A model generated the notes under the pieces. The model had not been told where the DNA came from and did no database searches. It was given only the letters and a program-made list of their open reading frames with translations. Made by a program: the position numbers and the translations under genes. From Patescibacteria group bacterium (GTDB lineage: Bacteria; Patescibacteriota; Minisyncoccia; JAHIHE01; JAGLIN01): DNA of 64,000 bases. The DNA lies in assembly GCA_029210775.1 (NCBI GenBank), contig JARGGI010000002.1:12478-76477 (forward strand), written 5' to 3'. Positions 57,332 to 64,000 of the stretch are shown one piece after another; position 1 is the first letter of the stretch, and the number at the start of each line of letters is the position of its first letter.

Positions 57332-58009
57332 TTATTCAATAAAATATTTCTCTAAATCTTTTCTTTTTTCAGATTCGTCAATCACTATATTAACATAATT
57401 TTCATACTCTTCTAAATTTTTAAATTGTGACAAAATAATTTCTTTATTGCACAAAGTTCCACATCTTAATCCCAAATAATCTGGATAGCTACACCAGTTA
57501 TAATTTCTGACTTTAGACATCTTATGAATTTCAACGTTTCCGTTCACATATCCAGAAAGCCAAAGAAGATATTCGTTGGTGTCTATGTGTTTAGCTTTAA
57601 ATTTACCTTGAAACAAAGCGCCTGAACGATCGTATTTTTGATTAAAATACATAGAATAGCCAACACCTATTTTATGCATAAACTTAGAAATTCCACCTTC
57701 AACTAATTGTTTTAAAATAAAATGATAGTGATTGGGATTGAAACAATAGCAGATAATTTCAACTAACGCCAAAATTGATAATGGAGACTCGGTCTCCACG
57801 CTGGAGACCGAGTCTCCATTATCAATTTTTTTGTTTCTATTTCTTAAATATTTTGTATATAATCCTCCAAAGGCTTCAATAGTATTAAATTCTTTTATTT
57901 CAGTTAAAAACCTCGCATAATCTTTTTCGTCACAAAAAACATCGCGCTTATCCACACCACGATTGTAAATGTGATAATATTCATCATTGGCAAACTCTAC
58001 TTTGCGCAT
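57332..58009 (-). CDS. COG1943-type Y1 (HUH) transposase, IS200-like/RAYT-like, carrying a palindrome-encoded insertion
   Basis: YHIYNRGVDKRDVF...CFNPNHYHFIL (HUH)...GISKFMHKIGVGYSMYFNQKYDRSGALFQGKFKAKHIDTNEYLLWLSGYVNGN (catalytic Tyr region) aligns with COG1943 transposases. The extra segment IDNGDSVSSVETESPLS is encoded by a perfect palindrome. Confidence 0.6.
   Translation of the reverse strand: MRKVEFANDEYYHIYNRGVDKRDVFCDEKDYARFLTEIKEFNTIEAFGGLYTKYLRNRNKKIDNGDSVSSVETESPLSILALVEIICYCFNPNHYHFILKQLVEGGISKFMHKIGVGYSMYFNQKYDRSGALFQGKFKAKHIDTNEYLLWLSGYVNGNVEIHKMSKVRNYNWCSYPDYLGLRCGTLCNKEIILSQFKNLEEYENYVNIVIDESEKRKDLEKYFIE
57771..57829. repeat. 28-bp-arm perfect inverted repeat with a 3-nt loop, inside the transposase CDS
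   Basis: AAAATTGATAATGGAGACTCGGTCTCCA-CGC-TGGAGACCGAGTCTCCATTATCAATTTT, read directly. Confidence 0.9.
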
Positions 58010-58017
58010 ATGAATTT

Positions 58018-58236
58018 CTAAATTCCTATAATTTCATTTTTGATTTTTTTAATTTCAGATTTATCTTCAACTAACCTGCCTTTGCATAATTTAATCAAAA
58101 GCATCGACACACCGCAATCTTTACATTTACCCCATCCACATTTGCCTTTATTTTCTTTTGCCAATTTCTGACAAAGCTTCATTTCATTGTCAAAAAAAGA
58201 TTTTTTGATAATACTTTTTTTAATCCTGTTTTGCAA
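58018..58236 (-). CDS. Hypothetical small Cys-containing protein
   Basis: 72 aa with CGWGKCKDCG and no assignable family. Confidence 0.3.
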   Translation of the reverse strand: MQNRIKKSIIKKSFFDNEMKLCQKLAKENKGKCGWGKCKDCGVSMLLIKLCKGRLVEDKSEIKKIKNEIIGI

Positions 58237-58298
58237 GTTAAGTTTTTATTTAACATAGAAATAAATTATTATCAGCAAAAAAGACGAACAATCTCAAA

Positions 58299-58616
58299 TC
58301 AATCATCTATCTCCGCAGAAGCTTTCCCAAATTTTACTTTTATTTCTTTAATATTCTTTTTAGGAAACACGGGATCTCTTTCATAACATAATTTATTCAA
58401 TTCTACTTTTTCCGCATCAGACAATCTTCTTAACAATTTTTTATTCGAAAGATCTGCAATAATACGCAGTTCTTCTTTAGTTCTTTTTGGAAAGTCGCTT
58501 TTATGTTGTTTCTTTAGAAATTTTCTTATATCCATATAATATTGATAAATTATATCGTCACTATTATAGCTCTTATAATAAAAATGCAAATACACTAAAT
58601 AATCCAATCGGGACAT
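58299..58616 (-). CDS. Hypothetical protein
   Basis: 105 aa with no motif recognised. Confidence 0.3.
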   Translation of the reverse strand: MSRLDYLVYLHFYYKSYNSDDIIYQYYMDIRKFLKKQHKSDFPKRTKEELRIIADLSNKKLLRRLSDAEKVELNKLCYERDPVFPKKNIKEIKVKFGKASAEIDD

Positions 58617-58630
58617 AATGAATTATCTAT

Positions 58631-59092
58631 TTAAATTACCTCGTCAAGATAATAATCAATAATTTCATTTGATTCATTAAAAAAGAATTTTCCTTTGAAT
58701 TTTTTCCCACTTAAAAACATCGGCAACCAATATTTATCATCCGGCCACATTTCGTTATATGGAATTTCATCTATATGAAACCATTTTGGTCGCATCTCTT
58801 CGCTTTCTATCGGACTGCCTGTAAATTCTTTTGCACAGAATATATGCACTTCCATATTTCCTGAACCGTCTTGATATATAAATTCAAGAACACCCAATTT
58901 GTTTATTTTCTCAACCTCGATTCCCGACTCTTCTCTCATTTCTCTTCTTGTCGCCTCTTCAATTGTTTCCCCCTCTTCAACCTTTCCACCAAACCCATTC
59001 CACTTCCCTTCTCCATGCCCGCGCTTTTTCATCCCAAGTAAAATTTGGGGATGTTGATGAATGATGCAAAGGGTAAGGATCTTTTTATTCAT
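58631..59092 (-). CDS. NUDIX hydrolase (MutT-like)
   Basis: NUDIX box GGKVEEGETIEEATRREMREESGIEV. Confidence 0.8.
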   Translation of the reverse strand: MNKKILTLCIIHQHPQILLGMKKRGHGEGKWNGFGGKVEEGETIEEATRREMREESGIEVEKINKLGVLEFIYQDGSGNMEVHIFCAKEFTGSPIESEEMRPKWFHIDEIPYNEMWPDDKYWLPMFLSGKKFKGKFFFNESNEIIDYYLDEVI

Positions 59093-59105
59093 GTTTTCCT
59101 TTAAC

Positions 59106-59399
59106 TCAAATTAAATTCCACCAATTCCTTTTTTGATTTTTCTCGTTTATTTCAAATCCCGTCAAGAATTCAATTTTCTCTTTATAATTTATATCATCAA
59201 AATAAGAAAGGGCTTCACGGAATATTCTCTCGTTAAATTCTTCTTTAAAAATCTCCTTACCTCTCTTAGTTATTTTTTCTATGTAATAGTGCTCATTGAT
59301 GACAAAATATAAATCCACATAATCTTTCCATTTTGCTCTTCGTCCCAACGCATAGGCCTTCATTGCCGATAGAGTTAATAGATCGGGCATTTTTAACAC
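59106..59399 (-). pseudogene. C-terminal fragment of an AbiEii/AbiGii-family nucleotidyltransferase toxin
   Basis: LSAMKAYALGRRAKWKDYVDLYFV matches the conserved AbiEii C-terminal KxxALxxRxxxRDxxDL motif. The N-terminal nucleotidyltransferase domain is absent. Confidence 0.35.
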
Positions 59400-59432
59400 A
59401 TCTTCACAAGTTATTTTTCAGTTAATATTTCT

Positions 59433-59696
59433 TTATGCATATTTATTAAAATAGAGAGTAAAATAATGTTTTGTTTTTATATCATAATTCTGCCGTCCTA
59501 TCTTGGATGGTTTTGATTTAGCACGGAAAATCTTCGCCACTTTTTTGACACCCATAATTTTAATCAGCGCTTGCACATCATTCCAATCACCATAATTCAA
59601 AGTTGCCTCCACGATGAATTCAGGATCTAAGCTATCATAATCTTTCACCCACCAGATTAAATGTTTTCTTTTTTTGATAAAGTCGTGAATGGTCAT
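59433..59696 (-). CDS. Hypothetical protein
   Basis: 87 aa with no motif recognised. Confidence 0.3.
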   Translation of the reverse strand: MTIHDFIKKRKHLIWWVKDYDSLDPEFIVEATLNYGDWNDVQALIKIMGVKKVAKIFRAKSKPSKIGRQNYDIKTKHYFTLYFNKYA

Positions 59697-59813
59697 ATTT
59701 TTTTGTTATCCTTAATCTTTCGGACTGAATTCCTCACTGCAATACTTCAAGTTTAAAATATTACAGGTTGAAACCTGAACTCCAAAAAAATTTGAATTGT
59801 ACAATGATTATCA

Positions 59814-60245
59814 TTATACACTATCCCAATCTTCCATATTTTCAACTTGTTTTAATATATTATCTTTTGAAAAATAAAATGATGATTTCTCCATCAATTC
59901 AGCTTTTCTTAGTTTTTCATCTTCGCTAAGTTCTATAATTCCTTCTCCTGAATGAAATTCTTTTTCTCTAATTTCTTTAAGCTCTATTTCTTCTGCAAAA
60001 GTACGAATTGTTGGATCCTCGTTTTCGTTTGTTTTTTTTGATAAATTTTTAAGTTCATCTATTTCTTCTTTTGAAATAATCTGATTTAATTTTTGTAAAT
60101 CCCCAAAACCTAATTTACCCTTTTCTCTTTTTATTCTTTCTTTTTCGTTATCATACTCTGAATATTTTCTATACAATTCTTCCCATCTTTTCTGTTCAGA
60201 ATTAGTTCTTTTTTGTTCTTGTAAGTTGGACATTTCATAATTCAT
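59814..60245 (-). CDS. Hypothetical charged coiled-coil protein
   Basis: 143 aa, Glu/Lys-rich. Confidence 0.35.
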   Translation of the reverse strand: MNYEMSNLQEQKRTNSEQKRWEELYRKYSEYDNEKERIKREKGKLGFGDLQKLNQIISKEEIDELKNLSKKTNENEDPTIRTFAEEIELKEIREKEFHSGEGIIELSEDEKLRKAELMEKSSFYFSKDNILKQVENMEDWDSV

Positions 60246-60379
60246 ATTTTTTATTCCTTTCTTTTTTAAAAATAAATAAAATTATTTAATATCAATCTAA
60301 AACATAAGAATTTGTACCACCAAAACACTATACTCTAAAGAGTAAACTTCAGAAATTTATAACTTAAGAGTCTAAAAAA

Positions 60380-62794
60380 TTATTTCTTCTTCCCCTTTTT
60401 CCCCTTTTTTCCTAAATAAATCATTGTCTTCAAAACCGTGTCAGGCGTCAAAGAAATGCTATCAATTCCTTCATTGACCACAAATTCTGCAAAATCTGGG
60501 AAGTCTGAAGGTGCTTGTCCACAGATACCAACTTTTCTTTTTCTCTTGTGAGCTCCTTTAATGAGTTGTCTGATGAGAATTTTTACCGCTTCATTCTTTT
60601 CATTGGCAATATGAGAAATTGCTCCGCCATTGTCACGGTCAATTCCCAAAGTAAGTTGAGTTAGATCATTACTTCCGATTGAAAATCCATCAAAAATCTT
60701 TGCAAATTCATCAACAAGAATTATATTTGCCGGAATTTCGGCCATGACATAAACACGAAGACCATTTTTACCTCTTTCAAGTCCTGCTTCTTTCATTACC
60801 GCAAGAACCTTTTTACCTTCTTCTATAGTCCTACAAAACGGGATCATCACAATCACATTCGTTAACCCAAACTCTTCGCGGACTTTTTTAATCGCTTCAC
60901 ATTCAAGCTTAAAAGCTTCTTTATATTTTGGATCATAATATCTTGAAGCGCCGCGCCAGCCAATCATCGGATTCTGTTCTTGCGGTTCAAAATATGTTCC
61001 TCCGATTAAGTTTGCATATTCATTTGTTTTAAAGTCAGAAAATCTGACAATAACATCTTTGGGATAAAAAGCCGCTCCCAATTTTCCGATTCCTTGCGCC
61101 AGTTTGTCAACAAAAAATTCAGTTTTACTCTTATAGCCATTTGTTATTTGATGTATTTTACTTACTGTTTGTCTATCTAATCTGACTCCTTTTATTTTTC
61201 CATCAAGTGCCATTAACGCAAGTGGATGAGCTTTAATGGTGTTGTTAATAATAAACTCTTCTCGTGCCAAACCAACGCCATCATTGGGTATAAAAGACTG
61301 TGTAAACGCTTGATCAGGCTCTGCAAGATTCATCATAACCTTGACTTTTGGTTTTTTTAATCCTTTTAAATTTGTCTTTTTAATCTCAAAATTTAAAAGA
61401 CCATCATAAATATATCCTTCTTCTCCTTCAGCACAACTTACTGTCACATCTTTTCCAGATTTCAAAATGTCTGTACAAATTCTTGTTCCAACAACACATG
61501 GAATTCCAAGTTCTCGAGAAACAATTGCAGCATGACATGTTCTTCCTCCAGAATTCGTCACAATTGCTGAAGCAATTTTCATAATAGGTTCCCAATCTGG
61601 ATCAGTCATTTCTGTAACCAAAACTTCTCCTTTTTTAAAATCCTCAATATTGCTTACATCTTTTATTACATGAACTTTTCCTTTTCCAATTTTATATCCA
61701 ACACTTGCACCAGAACAAAGAATTCTACTTTTTTTACCCATTATATATTCCTCAAGAACATTCGCATCACGAACACTTTGAGCGGTTTCAGGACGAGCTT
61801 GTACAATAAACAATTTTCCAGTTACACCGTCTTTAGCCCATTCCATATCCATTGGTCTTTTGTAATGATCTTCAATTATCGTAGCCCACTCGGCCAACTT
61901 AAGAACTTCTTCTTCTTTTATACAAAACTTCTTCCGATCTTCTATCGGAACTGAAACATTTTTTGTAGACGATTTCCCTTCAGTACTATAAACAAGCTTT
62001 AATGCTTTTGAGCCGAGATTTTTTTCAATGATAGGTTTAAATCCCTTTTTAAGCGTTGGCTGAAAGACATAAAATTCATCAGGTGTAACTTTTCCCTGAA
62101 CAATATTTTCACCAAGCCCATAAGCAGCGTTTATCAAAACCGCATCACGAAATCCAGACTCTGTGTCAATTGAAAACATAACTCCGCTTATTGCTTTGTC
62201 AGAGCGAACCATCTTTTGAACTCCTACTGAAAGTGCAATTGTGAAATGATCAAAGCCCTTGTCTTCACGATATGAAATCGCACGATTTGTGAAAAGTGAA
62301 GCAATGCACTGTTTTGTAGCATATAAAACATTGTGAATTCCTTTTATATTCAAATATGTATCCTGCTGACCCGCAAATGAAGCATCAGGTAAATCTTCTG
62401 CCGTAGCACTACTTCGAACCGCTGTATCAACATTTTTTCCGTATTGTCTTTCCATTTCTGCATAAGCTTTCGTGATTTCTTCATTTAAGTCTTCTGGGAG
62501 CGATGCTGCCATAATCGCATGTCTGACTTTTTCCCCTCTTTCAGAAAGATTTCTCATATTATGCGTATCAAGATCGCTTAAAATTTCTTTTATCTCAGTC
62601 ATTAAACCTGAGTCTTTCATAAAATGTCTGTAAGCATGCGCCGTCAAAGCAAACCCATTCGGAATGCTCACTTTTTTCTTGGTTAATTTTTGATACATTT
62701 CACCTAAAGATGCATTTTTGCCTCCCACAAGACCAACATCAGTATTCGTTACTTCGTTATACCACAAAATATATTTTTCTTTTCTATTTTTCAT
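60380..62794 (-). CDS. ppsA: Phosphoenolpyruvate synthase (pyruvate, water dikinase)
   Basis: 804 aa; N-terminal WYNEVTNTDVGLVGGKNASLGEM, phospho-His domain TNSGGRTCHAAIVSRELGIPCVVG, and a C-terminal PEP-utilising TIM barrel. It has an unusual Lys-rich tail, GKKGKKGKKK. Confidence 0.9.
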   Translation of the reverse strand: MKNRKEKYILWYNEVTNTDVGLVGGKNASLGEMYQKLTKKKVSIPNGFALTAHAYRHFMKDSGLMTEIKEILSDLDTHNMRNLSERGEKVRHAIMAASLPEDLNEEITKAYAEMERQYGKNVDTAVRSSATAEDLPDASFAGQQDTYLNIKGIHNVLYATKQCIASLFTNRAISYREDKGFDHFTIALSVGVQKMVRSDKAISGVMFSIDTESGFRDAVLINAAYGLGENIVQGKVTPDEFYVFQPTLKKGFKPIIEKNLGSKALKLVYSTEGKSSTKNVSVPIEDRKKFCIKEEEVLKLAEWATIIEDHYKRPMDMEWAKDGVTGKLFIVQARPETAQSVRDANVLEEYIMGKKSRILCSGASVGYKIGKGKVHVIKDVSNIEDFKKGEVLVTEMTDPDWEPIMKIASAIVTNSGGRTCHAAIVSRELGIPCVVGTRICTDILKSGKDVTVSCAEGEEGYIYDGLLNFEIKKTNLKGLKKPKVKVMMNLAEPDQAFTQSFIPNDGVGLAREEFIINNTIKAHPLALMALDGKIKGVRLDRQTVSKIHQITNGYKSKTEFFVDKLAQGIGKLGAAFYPKDVIVRFSDFKTNEYANLIGGTYFEPQEQNPMIGWRGASRYYDPKYKEAFKLECEAIKKVREEFGLTNVIVMIPFCRTIEEGKKVLAVMKEAGLERGKNGLRVYVMAEIPANIILVDEFAKIFDGFSIGSNDLTQLTLGIDRDNGGAISHIANEKNEAVKILIRQLIKGAHKRKRKVGICGQAPSDFPDFAEFVVNEGIDSISLTPDTVLKTMIYLGKKGKKGKKK

Positions 62795-63123
62795 TTTTTT
62801 TGTTAGTGTTTTAAATTATTTATAGGTCTAGTATAGCATAAATTTAGTTAGTTGAAAAGAGCTCTTTAAGAATAAAATTTTATATCTTTCACATATCGAC
62901 AAATTTTAAAATGTCTGTTCTTCTTTCTTTTGTTTTTTTATAAAACAAAAAAAATACGAAGAGAGAAAAATAAAAGATCCAAAATGGTACTTAAATTACA
63001 ATTTTAACAAAAATAAAATGGTAGTCATGAGGCCCTAAATAAACCACAAGTCGAACAAAACGAAGAAAAAAAGCAGAAATAACCCTCAACACCATTTTTC
63101 GTTTTTTCATTCATACATCATCA

Positions 63124-63279
63124 TTTTGAATTACGAAATTTAACATACTTGTCGCCCTGAGTCGCTCATCTTGTCACCCTAAACTTGTTGAAGGGTTGAA
63201 GTCTTAAGAAATATTACTAATCAATATGAATTTACTTAGACAAGCTCACTATGACAAATTTAGCTATTTCGTGATTCAA
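63124..63279. mobile_element. Second copy (inverted orientation, ~156 bp) of the GAATTACGAAAT-TIR MITE-like element
   Basis: TTGAATTACGAAAT...GTCACCCTAA...GACAAGCTCACTATGACAAATTTAGCTATTTCGTGATTCAA. Its reverse complement aligns with 23738-23855. Confidence 0.55.
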
Positions 63280-63336
63280 AAGAGAATAGTATTGAAGGTG
63301 GCGGGCATCTCACAGGTGTCCGTCACCAGTGTATGA

Positions 63337-64000
63337 TTATTTTCTCTCTTCATAATCCTCATAATTTCCTAGATACGCCTTCACTTCGTTGTTTTTGATT
63401 TCCCAGATTATATTACATACTTCTGTCAAAACTGAACGGTCGTGAGAGACGATGATAATTGGTCCACCAAAACCTTTTAGGACTTCATTGATAGCATCTT
63501 TACTTTGAATATCAAGATGGTTTGTTGGTTCGTCGAGAACTAATATATTCGCTTCGCTCAAGATCAATTCAGCTAAAGCCACCCTTGCTCTTTCACCTCC
63601 ACTTAAAGAGAATATTTTTTTAAAGACGTCTTCGCCGGAAAAAAGCAACGCTCCTAAAACAGTTCTTATTTTTTCTTGTCCTTCTTTAACCTTTGATTCT
63701 ACTTCTTCTAAAATATTTTTATGAGGATCAAGTTCTTCATGAGCTTGAGCGTAATAGCCAATTTTAACTCCAGTGGAAAATTTGATTTTTCCTTCAATAG
63801 ATTTATCTTTACCAATTAAAGTCTTGAGAAAAGTTGATTTTCCCGCTCCATTTGGTCCGATGATGCCGATTTTATTTTCTTTTTCAACCACCCACTTCCC
63901 CTCAAAAACTGCCAGCGGAAAATTTTCTCCGCCCACAAAAAGATTTTCAATTTCCAAAACTTTTTGCGGTAATCTTTTGGAAATATTAAATTTAATTTTT
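63337..64000 (-). CDS. ABC-F family ATP-binding protein (partial; N-terminus beyond the window end)
   Basis: GPNGAGKSTFLKTL Walker A, LSGGERARVALAELIL signature, VLDEPTNHLD Walker B. The reading frame stays open to position 64000. Confidence 0.85.
   Translation of the reverse strand, partial: KIKFNISKRLPQKVLEIENLFVGGENFPLAVFEGKWVVEKENKIGIIGPNGAGKSTFLKTLIGKDKSIEGKIKFSTGVKIGYYAQAHEELDPHKNILEEVESKVKEGQEKIRTVLGALLFSGEDVFKKIFSLSGGERARVALAELILSEANILVLDEPTNHLDIQSKDAINEVLKGFGGPIIIVSHDRSVLTEVCNIIWEIKNNEVKAYLGNYEDYEERK

Noticed and set aside
63040-63110. 39-aa minus-strand ORF (MKKRKMVLRVISAFF...) between ppsA and the ABC-F gene
   Set aside because: It lies over an AAAACGAA/TTCGTTTT palindrome, is hydrophobic and low-complexity, and has no RBS.
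1-64000. Alternative genetic code (UGA=Gly, as in some CPR lineages)
   Set aside because: Long housekeeping ORFs (dnaX, ppsA, P-type ATPase, clpC-like) are intact under the standard code, and the ORF track predicts sensible full-length proteins. There is no need to invoke code 25.

Overview
The window is low-GC (about 30%) and gene-dense, with roughly 90% of genes on the minus strand. Gene content looks like a Candidate Phyla Radiation (Patescibacteria-like) bacterium using the standard genetic code, because long ORFs such as dnaX, ppsA, clpC-like and the P-type ATPase are intact. Housekeeping genes I recognise: mraY, a cyclophilin PPIase, a ClpC/Hsp100-like AAA+ protein, RidA, an Elp3 homologue, rmuC, an ABC/GldG-like transporter operon, mscL, dnaX, efp, dus, a PMCA-type P-type ATPase, an HtrA-like S1C protease, rarA, ppsA and a partial ABC-F ATPase. 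There are two tRNAs, tRNA-Gln(TTG) and tRNA-Ser(GGA), and no rRNA or CRISPR array. The accessory content is richer. (1) At 45.7-53.5 kb an ~8 kb cluster encodes cell-surface proteins: two membrane-anchored cohesin-like proteins, a dockerin-bearing protein, another anchored surface protein and two tandem paralogous Thr/Ser-rich secreted proteins. I read this as a putative cohesin-dockerin surface-assembly system. (2) Several families of short palindromic MITE/REP-like repeats are present, including one copy inserted in-frame into the Elp3 gene. (3) A decayed mini-ISL3 element with intact inverted repeats and an 8-bp target-site duplication lies at 36.8-37.5 kb. (4) A COG1943/RAYT-type Y1 transposase gene carries a 28-bp perfect inverted repeat inside its own CDS. 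(5) A GIY-YIG nuclease gene sits between tRNA-Ser and a rearranged partial copy of that tRNA. (6) Other oddities are a SanA(DUF218)-C39 peptidase fusion, a membrane-anchored zinc-ribbon ClpC-like protein with an apparently degenerate D1 ATPase, and a frameshifted four-helix-bundle (23S IVS-type) gene. (7) An unusually long (~0.9 kb) non-coding stretch contains a promoter-terminator mini-transcript. All calls are from reading the sequence and ORF translations only; no database searches were run.
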